DNA from: Balanoglossus misakiensis
Taxonomy: Eukaryota > Animalia > Hemichordata
Reading direction: 5' to 3'
NCBI GenBank assembly: GCA_040954595.2
Contig: CM082577.2
Span: 2,046,001 to 2,110,000 of the forward strand
Length of the DNA stretch: 64,000 nucleotides
Below are positions 26,201-39,882 of the stretch, piece after piece (within the stretch, counting starts at the first letter, position 1; every line of letters begins with the position of its first letter). The position numbers and the translations under genes are program-made. Below the pieces are notes generated by a model. It did no database searches. It saw nothing but the letters and a program-made list of their open reading frames with translations, and was not told the DNA's origin.

Positions 26201-29200
26201 GCCTTCATCCGCGAGACCATGTGCGTCGTTTAGTATTCTTCGTGTACCGTCCGTGGCATCTGTCATCGGAAGGCTAGTGGAGTCTGCATCTCAAGAGAGA
26301 AAATTCCCTGTCCACAATTCATGCTGTTCTGAAATGTCAACAGAATACGCTGTCATCTTCAGTGCTGGCTTTTTCGCAAACACGAGTAGATTAAAGTCAA
26401 AACATCAAACCATAACTTGTCCTGCCTAGTCTCAATTTCTTTTCGAGGCTTAGCCATGAAGCTGAATGTTCCCCCTGACATAGGCCATTGTTGCCCCAAG
26501 GGGCGAAAAATAAAATTTTGTTTAGATTGGTCTGCATTGTAACTGTGGCGAGCTCGGATAATTTTATCGTGGACTCTTGACTCACTCTGGATTATAATCA
26601 TTCATTGAAACTGATTATCCACCATCCACCCCCATATTGGGTGCATTCATACATGTAAAAGGGTCTTGATTAAGCCTCGCGAGTATATTAAACAGCTCTC
26701 ATCAGGTGCTCGTCAGACAGCCTCCTCCAGAAAAAAAACTCATCAGGAATTTGACATTCTCCAAATTTAGCTAATATTTTAAAGATCAGTGCTTCAACAC
26801 ATATGAATCATTCAAGTGATGTTATTATCTTATCTTGCTGATGGAACATACCAGATTGGAAATGTTGAAATTTGCATCTGCAGTAGGCGGGGGTTCGCTA
26901 GTCCTCCTGGCTATGCAAATTGATGAGAATCTTAGAGCTGTACAAATGTTTATTTAATATACCCCAGACTATAGAACGGTGATATTCTCCAGAAATGAGT
27001 GTGCGTGCGGGCAGGTATTTGAAAATAAAGTAGGTATTCAGTGGAAACAAGTAGTCGTAAACATCGCCGTAAATGGTCTCGGCGAGCCTGAGTTCTCTCT
27101 GGGAAGAAAAAAAAATTACTTTTCTGATAAATATGCAACACATGTGCGCCGGCCGCTTCTGTTCCCTGATATCCAGTTTAATTTCCTGGATTTAAGCTCT
27201 TGCCTGTGTTTGTCTCCAATCAGTACGGAATTACCGACTTCAATATACCCTGCAAAAGTTTTTCAATTCACTCGTAGCTTTTTGCCATTCCTGTGGACCC
27301 CTTCCGTCAAAAGGAGAATAATGTTGGAGACTGGTTGCTTTAGAAACCAGCGTGTAAATGAATTATTGGCCAATTTGTGCAATTGCGCCGAGGTTTGATT
27401 GTGGCTCAACATTACACTTAAAGCAATTTCTATACATCGTGGGAAAACCCCTACTATGATTGTAAACACAGAGTGTTTAAGCATGCTGAAATGTAACCAT
27501 GGATTTCCTTCATAGGGTATTATAAGATAATTTTGTTTCTGAAATGTGATACCACCCAAAATTGACCTGCGGAGAAAAACCATATGTTGCATTTCAAATA
27601 CTACCTTGTGCACAATTGTTGTGGTAACCCCACTGCCATATGCCTATATGCTAGTGAAAATGCTAATTTCTGGCAGTGTGATGTGTTCAATGTTGCTGCT
27701 ACTTGCTGGGATAGTTATCGCAAATGTTATACTGAATGGCAATGTACATGTACTGTACTGAACACATTGAAGGGGAATACACATAAAGTACTGAAGACAG
27801 ATTCACTAAGTTATAGATACCTCATGAAATGCTCAATTCATTTTTTTCTACTCGCAATTGCTAAATTCTCAAGTGGGGTCCAACATTTTAAGCGTACTTT
27901 GCGCAGTTTCCAGGGACACTCCACTGACAAATGAATTGTTTTAACCCTCTCACCCCTATTTCCGTTTAAATCGGTCCAAAAGCTTGGCAGTGATGGGGTT
28001 AGAGGCACCAGCAACTCCCCAGGCTGACGTATTTCTTGGAGGAAAGTGTAAATAAAGCCTAGAGGCATTTGCGTGAGACATCTCCTTGCCGGAAATGCTG
28101 TGTGCCTGCAGTACTTAGTTTTGAAAGTTCTGACAGCCTTAATTATGTGAATGTTTACTCATTTTTTCTGATTTGTATAGCTACCTGTACTTTTGTGGTT
28201 CTGCTACGCGTTTCAAACCATCCAGTGTTTGGTTTGTACATATGTTCCTAAGAACATATGGTGTATTTTGTTGGAAAGTTGTCAATATTGAAAACTGAAG
28301 TCGGATGCAGATTCCAGTTGATCTTTCTCTATTGAAAAGTGTTTTTTTCTCTCCTTTCTCGAAAATGACAGTTTGTGAAGAAACCCCCTGTAAGCTCTTT
28401 AAAGTCCTGGCGTTTTGAGTGACTTCAAGATATTAAAACTCAGAAATTGGACACTCACTTGTCATCTGTACCACGGTTGCTTTGATACTTGGCATGCAAA
28501 TCCTGAGGATTGATCTACTTCACATTTGTTCAACTTTTTGCTTCTCAATCTAGGTCAAAATTGACAAGTGGTCCGCGTCAGCAAGTCGTTGAAAGTCACA
28601 TTTATATCAGACTATCAAATTATGATATCTCCTTTAGATCGTTTGTCCTAGCGATTTTCCAAATTTATTCAGCAGGCCATGATTTTGATCCGAGTCAAGC
28701 TGTTCTGCAGAAAAGCGGTGATTTAAGAGCCCTGGAACAAAGACACCTCTTGTTTCAATGTACCAAATCATCCCGAACATTCGTTCTCGATTTCTACGAG
28801 TGGGCTGTAAAGTGCTGATAATGAGACTAACGGAAAACGTGCTACATGTATTGAATATATAGTATGTTACATATTCCACACATGCTGGACAAATATCTCC
28901 TTCATGATTCATGCTGGCAAAGTAATAAGGTTTCTATTCTCATCGTTTCCTGCGACAAGTCAGACACAAGCTATCCGAGCCCTAATTTCAAAATCAGAAT
29001 CACTCCAACTAATCACGATTTGATTATGTCGCCAGATAATAGCATGTGACATTATTGTATCACCGTGATACAGAACAGCCTGGATTGACCGGTATTTTTT
29101 TTTCTGGCGGATTGTAATAACATGTACCCACTAATTCAATCCCGTGGGATGTGTGGGGTTCATTAAGGACACTTATTGAAGATTACCCAGCTGAAGATAC

Positions 29201-32200
29201 AATTTCCTCGGAGTATTGGCTAAAAATCAATCAGAGTTGTTATTATTTTAGCTTGCTGCCAGTTGATTTCAACTAAACTCCCACAGCACGATCAGTATGA
29301 CCACTTCAGTGTGAAGATCAAGGTCATGTGCACTTTTCAAGCTGCCCAAATCCATTGAATCAATTAATTTAAAGTGTAACATAGCAAAGTGTGATGACTA
29401 TATCGCTGGCGTGTGTGTTGGAACACGGGCCTGTTTCCTAGTGACTAATTCGCAATCGGGCGGATGCTTTCATTAAATCAAGCTGAAGCCAAAGTAATCA
29501 AATTTAATAAATGCTGTGGTGAAAAGTATCTCCTCAGTGAGTCAATTGTTCTATTAAAAGAATATTAGCCATAGATGTTTTTTTTCTTCCATTTTCTCCC
29601 ATTTTTTTTGTTCTGTGTATTGACCATGGTTTCTTGTTCTATTCTATGTAGCAAACCAAAACTGCCCACTGTTCAGCTTGTTTTCCACGCGCTCTCCTGT
29701 TAATGTAACTTTTCAAATACGGGTGCATGTATGAATGAAAAAAGTAATTTTTCGGTATGTTAAATGACATGTTTATTCAAACCCCACAAGCTATACTTCA
29801 AGTGAATGCTATTTTGCCCATGGGCAATTTTCCCTTATTGTTGTTTGTAATATGGAAATATGGCATGTGATTTTCTGGAATTACGGAAAAACCAATTTGC
29901 ATTCGGGAAATTAAAGAGTAACATTTCGTCTTTAATGGGAAAATCTGAAGGCTCCTTGCAACAAAGCAGACCCGCGCCCACATTTGTGAATGTAGAGAGT
30001 ATAGATTGATCTAGCATCATGTGTCTTTTGTTCAGAGATGGTAATGATAGCTGTCAGTCATGATAATTGTCGTAGTTCTGTGAAAGAAGCGACTGCTAGA
30101 AAATGCATTGGATCTGGAGATCACCTGTGCTCTTATACACAGAAACCAGGAATATGCTCATTTTCCCTGCGGTCCCCCCGATCCCAAGATGGATGCCCGA
30201 TCTCTATAGATATGGATGTGTCAGGGATAAGAATGGATGATCGAGTCTTCAATGGCAGAAAGTGAGAATGAATGATCAGTCGCTGCTGCTCTTAGAGTCG
30301 CGTGGTCGCGTCTCAAGGAACCGTGTGGTAAAGGCTGATCGCGCTCAAATCTGCATTTTAATCAGATAGAGTGTAGCCTGATCAAATCTGTACTTTAATT
30401 TATCGACCACAGGTTTGTTCAGTTTTCAGACTGTTCAGTTTTCAGTCTGTGCTTGTGCACCTTATCTAGATTATAGTTTGTCGAGTTGCAGTGTAGACGT
30501 TACATAGTCGCCTACCGTCTCGAGCGGTGGTTCAATTTATCGGGGAAGTTTATTGCACCCATGGTTCCGAGAATTGAAGAGACACTTCATGACAAGTGAC
30601 AAGCTCTTATTCCTGGAAGTAGCCCTTCTATTATGATGTCTTACTAGTTTAATACATTGGGGCAGTTGAGTGGAAAAAATTGCGTATTAAATCTTGGAAG
30701 AGTAATTCGAGGAGTCTTATGAGAATCCTGGTCCCATTATGGAACTCTGCCGTTGAAAACAAACCCATCAGTGTGTCCGTTCACCCCCATTCCATGTATA
30801 GAGGTCCATCTTTACCACAGAAATCAATGGGATTGGACCATGCAGTGTGTCTTCTAACAAACATACATTTTGATAATCTTCAATTTGAGGATTTGTGTCT
30901 TGTGTCTTCAAACTGTCCAGACATGCAATAAATTGCAGTCCTGTGGAAGATTGTAAATTACTAAAAATTCGGGATTCTGGTTTCATATATAATTCAGATA
31001 AGAAACTCATAAAACTTATTGTGTTCAAAACTCCTGAACACAAAAATGGCAGCCTCAGTGAAATGTGACTGTTTGTTTGAACATATAAGAAAATCCTGAA
31101 ATAAAACCAAGTGTTGATTTACTGCCGGATTAAAATTTTACCAGATTTACTTTGGGTAATTGTGCATCTGTTCAATTAATCCACAAATGCACGTATAATT
31201 ACTGTGCACGGCATGGTCATGTCTGTGACAGCCCGCATTACATGTAGCTGCGTACAATGGGCCATGTTTGCCCTGCAGGAACTCTTTTATGCCGACTATG
31301 TTTGTTCTCCATGTATCATATGTTTATGAATGATTGATGGGCCGTTCATTTCAAGGAGAAATTCATACGCCTTCCGCTTTCATGTTAGCAGAAGCAAGGT
31401 GAACGCGGGTGTTACTGTTGGCGTGTCTGTGCAGTGCAGTGCTCGGCTGAAGGGTGGTGTGTGTGTTCTTGGTTGAGTGATTGCTGTGGGTATAATCTGA
31501 GTACTGCCAAGCCGAAACAACTGGTTGATGACAGTTGTCATTCATAATCAAATGTCCTCACCAGTGCACTTTATAAAGGTGTACGGTCACCTATGCAAAT
31601 TTAGCTACAGTTACCATGGTAAATTGAGGTCTAACCAATCACAGATTTTCGGTGGGTGGCACACGTGAAAAAAAGAGTGCCACCATATGTTCTTTAGAAC
31701 ACTCAAATACGCCATTTCAGCTACCGGTATACATGGTGATAATTGTAAATTCGATGTGACCGTATACCTTTAATACCAGCTGTCATTGTGCCCTCTAACA
31801 AACCTAATTTTTAAAAGTTTGTGTCAATTTGAGGACTTAAAAAAAAATCAGATAGTTAAAGTAAAATCATCGGAGAATGCAGCAAAATGAACACAGCTAA
31901 ACTTTCTGTGGAGCCCTGAAAACATACCTTCACTGTGCACAATGATCGAGTGGTATTGCATTTATGAACTGTGTTTTTGCTGACCTTACCAGCCATGTGA
32001 TCAATCAGTCTGTTTGGGCACGTCAAAATTGAAATGTTGGTAGGATAACTGCTTACAAAAAGTAGATGTTGTTTGTTATGCAGGCAGCTTTTCCAATGGA
32101 AGAACATCTGGCAAAGAACTGTATGTGCCATAATGTATGTGTAGAGATATGTCAGAGATACAGACAGATGGTCGAGGTTAATGTAAAGGGTTTTGACAGG

Positions 32201-33349
32201 TCAGTTGTTTCACCTGTTGTACATCTGTCTCAGGAGTGCAGAAAGTACTTGACCAATCAGAAGTGCTTTGGGCTACTAACGAATGTAGGGCAGGTCACGA
32301 AATATGGATGAGGCTAGGGGCTTCGTGCTTTGGCGAGCTGTGGACTCGTCGGTACGTGGCGATATTTTGTCTGTTCATATACATGTACCATTATTATACA
32401 CACGTTCATGTAACCCTGTTTGATGGTTAAACTTTGAGGAGCAAAGCTCTGAGCCAGCCACCTTGATATAAAAATGAGAATTGAATGAAATTGATACAAG
32501 ATTATGCAAATGAATGTGCATCCGGCCAAAAACGACGGATAAATTAAATTCATTAACCATTGAAGAACACTTTCAGCAGGTTAAATATCAGAGTGTGCGC
32601 TGTCATGTCGTTTGGAATTCTTAACACAAGAGGGAAAGATAAGGACATTCTGCTAATTGCTGCAAGTCTGGAGTAAAAACCTTTCTCAATAGCACACGGA
32701 CTTATCTGACCTCTGTCTGTCAAATTCGCAAGAAGTACATTCCGTGCGATCAAGTCAACAGTCCCGGAGGATGGACAAGGAAGGAATCAGGGGCCATCAA
32801 TGTGTGTGTCAGTCAGGTTTCTGTCGGGCCCTCGTCCCTCGTAGTGCATTACTGTCAACGCATTGCACGGAATAGTCTGGCTGACTGGAATCCATGAAAA
32901 AAAAAAATTTCATTCATTGCATTGAACCCAGGAAGTAAAGGGAGATAAAACTGTCACAAAAAGGCGAATGAAATCGAATGACAATAGATAATGAAGCGAA
33001 GACTAAATCATATGATTGCCTGACAAGTTTGACACCACAAGTGACAGAAAATTGAGAAGTAGTACAGATCGGATTCCCAGATGTGTCCGCCATACATGTA
33101 TTAAAACTCCACACTTTAACAAGGTCAGAAGTTGGCAATCCACCGGCAAACCTTCCTTACTCCCAAAAGTGATTGACTTTCCGGAAATTTAATTGCAGTT
33201 GTAAATCAGTGTGTGATCTTTGATTTTGAGACGGCCGTGTTCACCAGAGCCTTCATGCATGACACCAACTTCAGGAACTTAATTTCATCACAAGCATAAA
33301 TAAAAACAGCAAATTCATTATACCCATACAGCTCCTGTTTTGACAGTAT

Positions 33350-33380
<31 letters not shown>

Positions 33381-36300
33381 CACAAATGCATACACGCACA
33401 TGCACGCGCCTGTCAGCACTTACACCATCTAATTCTTTTCAGATGGACACTTTAACTCCTTGCCCATTCCCCAAACTTGAATCATATACTTACCGATCAC
33501 CCTGTGCGCCAAATTGTTCCAGGTGAAGACTAAATGACATGACTAGCTTTATTAATAATTTAATGCATTAATTCCCATTTTCACTCATATACCCAGATAT
33601 AGCTCTGTAAAGATCACTCTTCTCATTTAATTTATTGTCCATTTCCTAAATTGAAACATGGAATTGCATTTGCTAATTGTCCTCCATCATCAACCTTGAC
33701 CGCAGTCCATTTCCAGGAAAAAAAAGATGACTTTGAAATTCGAGTTCTGTGCCTTGCAGGCAAAAATGCAGTCTGTATATTTGGTACTCAAACACCCATG
33801 TCCAGAATTTGACTTCGCCTGGTAATAAGATACATTTCCCCTGGGGAAACAAGATACAAAATGCTAACTAATGAGGTGCCATCCCTTCATGAATACATCA
33901 ACTGATTTCTTGTCTTGTCAAAGGAAATCATCTTCACTTAGTGGGACACAACTCTGATGACAGATATGCGGGATAATTTATCAACACTATGAGACATGGG
34001 TCACACTGTTCTATATTTACCTGAAAACTTGTATGTACTCATCTGAAATGTTCGCAGTTTATTTAGTGTGAATGTTTACAAGTGTGTGAGTCTCAATTCT
34101 GAATACTTATACTTGGTGCAAATTGCACACTGCCGGAACTCAACAAGATTGCCAGATGTTAAAGGATGATGTTTACGCAATAGTTTATTGGCTATCAGAC
34201 GAGTGGAACAAATGCTCGCAGTGCTGAAGATGAAAAGGCGCCATGCAAAACAAAGCAGTATCGATCTCATATGCAGTCTTATGAAAGCCTGGGATTAATA
34301 GCTGATATCATAAACATGTATATTCCCTCTGAATGCTCAACAGTGAACATGATTTCAGCATTCATTGTCAGGAGTTGTCATTTTAATGTTATCAACTCCC
34401 TAGTGAGATGGGTATTCTGGCCGCATATACAATGTATGATGTATTATTTGTGAAGAATTCTTATCAGCTGATTGCAGCAAGTCGGCCTCTCTGGTCTGGT
34501 TACACATGGAATTTGGTGTGTAGTCTTCCGGTGGTAACAAATGGTAGACTTTATATTAAACAAACATATACCTATATTAATATGCAAAAGAAATATTTAT
34601 TTTCTGCTGTTTAGGGTCCATTTCTACGGAGCAAGAGATTAATGAGCGTTATCTAGACAGATTTGCATACAGTGTGCATTTATAATGCCAAGCATACTTT
34701 TTTTGTGGAAATATCTGCATGTTGAAAATCTTATCATCCTCTGAGTTACCAGAGAATAATGCCATTGTCGTTTCTTCTTGCCGCGACATCGAAGATAAAA
34801 GCCCATAGAGAGATAACAGGTGCGGTAAGAGTCGGAAACTTTTTGGATGTGAGAAAGTTGCAGCACTGGCATGGTGTATTTGTGTATCTTGTCGAGGACA
34901 AACCTTCAGTTGTGGAACTCTGAAAGTGTCTTTATAGTGTCAGATGATCAATTGTCCACAGTTTATAAAATAATGCCAATTATTCGGTAAAATTTCAGAT
35001 GTCATACATACACATAAAAGTTGTCTACCTAGAGATGTCAGTAAAGTTCAAAGGACATAAAGTATGCATTTAGCAACTTGAGCTCGCCACCTAGTAAAAT
35101 CCTCCTCGTTTACTTGACTGAGCAACTTCATTTGGACAATTTCTGGGTTCATTAAATAACTGAGAAACAAATCTAGCAGTACCTCAGGAGTGGCGTTTTT
35201 GAATAACTTATCTATTATCATACGTGTCTGCGGGTGTGTGTGAGCCTGTTCCGTTTTCCTTTTGACCGAAACAGCTGTGCGGTCGTTTCTTTAGACAGTA
35301 ATCGAGCGCGTGTGACATTCTGTTTCTACTTTAGTCATTAGAGCTGAAAGACGAAACCCCATCCCTTCAGGACGGCAGATCAGATGTGCCACATTCACCA
35401 TTAACACTGTAGTCTCCATCAATTTGCAGCAGATGCCGACTTGACACTTCAGGATGCAATTATGTATCATATTGTCAGGGATATGAATGCTGGTTATTCA
35501 TACACTTTTTGATATCTGTGAGGTCGAAGCGGATGACATTTTCAAAACCAGATACATAGGTGTGTGTGTATGTATATATACTGGTAAATGTACATGTATA
35601 TACATGTATGTGTGTGTAGATGGTGTAAGTGCTGACAAGCTTGTGTGTGTGTGTGCATACGTGTGTGCCTGCCTGTGTGTGTGAGACAGTAGTAAAACAA
35701 GTTCATCGAAATATGATTAAAACATTACTGAACACCTCCACAGTGCCAGTCGTGAATACCTCATTGGTCACAGATACACAAGTCCGCAAGTTTTGTAATT
35801 AACTTCATGGGTAGTGATGCATTTGGCAGTGAGTGAGTATTGGACCATGATTCACGTCAACAGTTAGTTGTACAGTTTAGTTTCACGCCATTAATTGACA
35901 CGGTTCAGTACAAGTCGGGGAGTCAAAAGCAGATGAGTGCATTCACAGCTTAGTTGTTCTTCAGTTGGAATATCAAGGATTCTTGCGAGCAGAACTTCTA
36001 ACTTTTTCCCCAAATCTCTTCAGTCCTTCTGTACTTGATGTTGTCATCAATACACACAGGTGAAGCACGTTCATAGGAATATACACATACATTTATTTTA
36101 TGGCCAATTTTACAGATAGTGGACATTTTAATATTGCTCTAAAAGAGATCTACATGTATGTGGCTCGAGGCACATTCTCTACATGATCTGACAATGACTT
36201 CTTACCAATGTTACTGCTCAATTGATCATATTCTTTTCATGTCAAGTACGCGTACTTAACACTAACAGTATCATAGATTTCATATTTGACATTATATATA

Positions 36301-39300
36301 TACACTCGTTTTAGGGCATAATAAAAACGTCCTATGTACAAAATCAGAAAAAAGTAGAACAGGCAAATAGTTTCCCCCTTCATTTTTCCCCCCAACCCTT
36401 TCACCACCATGGTTTGGTTAAAACTCATTGTTTTCTATTGTACATTTGGACCTTAGGAAATGGGAGGGGGGTTGAAACTGAAAGCAGGTACAACATGTAC
36501 ATGTAAGATACAGTGCTGTCTGAAACTGGGAGACCAGTCGAACAGGCTGAGTTCACCATGGACACATTAGTTGTTCTGTTTGTTTGTAAGGTTATGCAGT
36601 GAGTGATTAATTGCTAGTCGAATGAACAGAAAGTAATCGATCTTGTGACACAGAGGTGATACCAACAGATTGCCACCATCCAATATCATTATTATTCCAC
36701 ACTAGAGATTAAAATGCTTTAATGGGCCGCAATAGTGTAATAGTTTGTTGTGGTTAAAAATAATTGCGTTGGGATTCAAGGTTTGCCAAGGTAATTAGCT
36801 GGCAACTGGCATATCAGTGTACACTGCTTGATCGATGTTGAAAACGCCAGATAACAACAACTTCACACGTTACTGCTTTATAAAAACAAGTAATTGTGTA
36901 TCTGTTCCGGGGAGAAAAAAATGGAGATTGATGCAGGCGGGCGGGAGAGGGGTTACTCTGGATTTAATTTATGCATGCCGGGAATGTGACAAATATTCCA
37001 GTGTTTGCAAAAAAAACCTGATCATGCAGCTTTACAATCACATCAATCAGGGGTTATTAAATCATTTATTTTGAAATTTTACTCGATTGTTGTTGATCGC
37101 CATCGCTTTAAATTAAGCCTGTTGCTCTGTCGGATACCAGACTGTGAGAAATGGTTGTTTGGAAATCCATGTCAGCTTCACATGGCTGTCAGTAATTTAA
37201 TGACATAAATTTTGTAGATTAATTGGGCTTGTTTCCGGGGCAATCATCGGTAACGACTTCAGCAATTTGCTGGTCGATGGCAACATCAAAGGAGGCGACA
37301 CTCAAATAAACATGCTATAATAACCATGCCAGACAAGATTGACGTATTTTTGTGAGTTACCAAAGAAGAAAAACTAGCCTGGCCATAGGCAGATTATCTT
37401 GGGTTATCTACTTAATTATCTGAGTGTAGTTGTGTTTTCGTTGATCATTCTTTCTACGGTATTATGGTGTAAATCCGCCACACGTGAAAATGATAAAAGT
37501 CAGAAGGCAATCCCCCACTGTAGCTGATTAAGCTTCACCTTTTATTTCACCCTAATAACAAAAGCTTTGGGACTACAAATCTTTAATATCTCTGGCTTAC
37601 TCGGCAATAAATCTCTCAGGAGTAGCCTACAATGATTAGCAAATCGAAAGGTAATTTGTTTGCAATGTCGATCTCCAGCGATTTTCAACTCTGACGTACT
37701 TCTCATTCTTGCGAACGTGCGCTGCCAGCGGTCTCTCTTTGTGCTGACAGGTCCTGTTGGCATTGAGAAGTGCGGTGTAAAAATAAAAGAAGTTCAGCAA
37801 ATATGTTAACTTTGACTGTCCTATTTGGCCCAGCAGCAGATGTGCAGATTTCCATCTGTGGAAGTCGAAGGCAGCAATCGTAGCAGTTGTAATTTATTGA
37901 TCAGTTTTCTGGCTAAAATGGGAGCTGTATCACTTAATGGTGCTGTGAGGATGACTGAATTATTTAGGCCGCAGAACTCACGGGAAGAGTGGATGCAAAA
38001 TTTACTCCAATTTCTTCATCAATGGAATAATCTGTGGCATTCAGGGAAGGAAATGAAAAATTGATTATTAATCCAACGTTCAATGGAAGGAAATGAAAGA
38101 TTGATTATGTGAAAACTCCCTGTTTTTGCCATTTTGTACACTGTGTACCACAAGCACTTGTGCATGATGAGGCAGATTACCCATCTGGGTCAGATGTTAG
38201 AAAAAAGATAAAGTCATTCTATTGTTTATTTGGAACTTTACGCAGAACAATGTTTTTCAAAACTAAAAAAAGCCATCATCAAAATCGTTTTCAAAATCAT
38301 AACACAAACTTTCCAGTGTTTTAGTAAAGTAAAAAAAATAACTGGAAAGTGGAGAGATTTCACTTCACCCCAAAGCTTTGCTCCTTATGTTCTTATGAGA
38401 GTGGTGTTATGTATCTTTGAGTGTAGGAAGCACTCTGTTTGAATTGTGAAGTGTTAACTTTAAACTTTAAGTGTTTGTTTCTCAGTGTCGGGGATATCCT
38501 ATATAATTTCATTCTCATGTTGGGATCAAGCAGTCTTATAAACAATCTTAAAAAGGAATGTGAAGCGACCGACAACCACACTCGTGGCAAACAACCCTGA
38601 TGAGTAGGTGATATCAAACAAGAACCTCGTAGTAAACCAAATAGCATCAGAGAAGTGTACCGTGTAATTACTTGTATAAAGTAATAGACAGTGAATCAAG
38701 AACTGTTGTTATTGCATGTAAGACTGCCATGGAAACTTCGCACAGACTTTAATGAAGTTGTATTTTATTTTATTCTAATGACAAGATGGCAGTTTGGATC
38801 ATTACTCTATGACGAACATAAAACAAGACCAGGATTTATTGTTTCTGTGACTCAGACTGGGAAAACAGAACACAACTCAATTTGTATTTTCTTTTAGCCA
38901 GCCTTCTGTTAGTATGTGCTTCTGTGTATGTGTTATAAATTACTCGTTACATGGGTATATTGTCAAGGGGGGAATAAAAAAAAAATTGGAAGAATGAAGA
39001 ACACCATTGGAATGGAAGTACATGTACTCATCCATCAATTATAATATATTTAGGGCAGACATGACCACCATGAATAACATTGTACCATTGGAAACACCAT
39101 GAGACAGTTTTGATATTATATTTCCATTGTAATATTCTTATAGTCTCATCAGTTCTGCACTTTTAGTAACAATGAAGTCAGCCATGCAGGAAATACCAAT
39201 GGGCAAATTAGCGGGATTGGTTTTGAAATGTGTGTGGGAGCTCTGGTCCTGCCCACTGACACTTCAAGGGGAGCCTTACAGTCTGTTTTAGAGTTTGAGA

Positions 39301-39774
39301 CATGGGGTTAAAAGTAGTCTGAAAAATGGTGGTTTACCCAACTTTCATTTATGCATAACTGGGCCCACCCATTATCAGCCCAGTGTTAACTAATTGGAAA
39401 AGAACACTTGACATGTACTGTACATGTGATTGAGTATGCGAAGTGAGGCGCTTTGATGAATCAACCCACGCATAAACTCCCATGGGTAGGCATGTCTTTA
39501 GAGTTTAAATGAAAGATTTGAGAAAAATGTGTATGTTAGATATTTATCGTAATCTTGTCATTGCTTTACAGTAACTAGAGTGCGATCACAAGGTTCTGTC
39601 CGGGTCACGTTCAACGTAGTCACCAGGGACATGAAGAAGCTTGGCTACGACGTCGTTCCCTCCACTTTGGCCATTCCGAGTACTGCGACAACTGCAGCAA
39701 TGGCGTCTAACCCCAAACCCGGAGCTGCAGCTGCTGCAGTGCCCACGGCAAATGTACCCGCAGGCACCAACTAG
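20218..39774 (+). CDS. B9D1: B9 domain-containing protein 1 (MKS module, ciliary transition zone), 223 aa
   Basis: Seven exons: 20218-20274 ([19 protein letters not shown]), 20862-20933 ([20 protein letters not shown]), 21325-21436 (GLEEGTSQ...[18 protein letters not shown]), 21628-21724 ([14 protein letters not shown]...[15 protein letters not shown]), 22147-22209 ([14 protein letters not shown]), 23454-23521 (WLMSRRPEY...GEGRE), 39572-39774 ([27 protein letters not shown]...*). 672 nt in frame, collinear with human B9D1 motifs. Confidence 0.96.
22473..22531. mobile_element. Terminal fragment of a Tc1/mariner-pogo-like MITE
   Basis: Subterminal repeats tagacagg/tagacaga/tcgacagg end in gacaggttttactg|ta (CAGT-type TIR plus TA). 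No matching left TIR was found. Confidence 0.45.
23040..23295 (-). pseudogene. Decayed Myb/SANT-like (trihelix, Harbinger ORF1-type) coding fragment in B9D1 intron 5
   Basis: The minus strand reads KLSAVANY...[14 protein letters not shown], then after a frameshift [13 protein letters not shown]...[15 protein letters not shown]. This resembles the T-x-E-x-x-KKRW-x-NL...Y...W-P-F pattern of Myb/SANT-like domains. Confidence 0.35.
27941..28001 (-). mobile_element. Family A MITE, internally deleted reverse copy
   Basis: ttaaccctctcacccctatttcc...ggtccaa...tggcagtgatggggtta matches both ends of the reverse-complemented family A sequence. Confidence 0.55.
30777..30840 (-). mobile_element. Family A MITE, truncated reverse copy
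   Basis: ttcacccccattccatgtatagaggtccatctttaccacagaaatcaatgggattgg aligns to the reverse complement of the 17903-17987 copy. Confidence 0.7.
31574..31772. mobile_element. ~200-bp MITE with 17-bp terminal inverted repeats (TTAA/Kolobok-like ends)
   Basis: Left taaaggtgtacggtcac (31574-31590) and right gtgaccgtataccttta (31756-31772) are a 16/17 inverted match. Confidence 0.75.
33350..33410. repeat. (CA)n microsatellite
   Basis: An interrupted cacacaca... run. Confidence 0.9.
35559..35683. repeat. Compound (TG)n/(TA)n microsatellite
   Basis: Several tgtgtgtg/tatata runs. Confidence 0.8.
36394..36476 (+). mobile_element. Family A MITE copy with a degenerate right end
   Basis: aaccctttcaccaccatggtttggttaaaactcattgttttctattg...tggacct...ggaaatggg...gggttgaa. 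Confidence 0.75.
38045..38108. repeat. 24-bp direct repeat, two copies 40 bp apart
   Basis: ggaaggaaatgaaa(a/g)attgattat at 38045-38068 and 38085-38108. Confidence 0.8.
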
Positions 39775-39882
39775 TGACACTTTAATACTTCAGCATTGAT
39801 TGCAACTGTGCGTTGCAGCAGACTATGCCATGAATGTACTGATTGCACCTGTCCACACCTTTCCACCCCTGTGCTTTAAAGT

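Noticed and set aside
26696-26748. Three CTGA(T/C)GAG words on the - strand
   Set aside because: No downstream GAAA or stems to complete a hammerhead.
27631-27692. miR-34-like tggcagtgt with an 8-bp inverted partner
   Set aside because: Wrong arm, divergent 3' part and the stem is too short.
32824-32870. miR-33-like gtgcatt...gcattgca
   Set aside because: Seed mismatch, extra internal bases and no precursor hairpin.
35806-35820. 12-nt match to miR-71 (catgggtagtga)
   Set aside because: The seed is absent and there is no hairpin.
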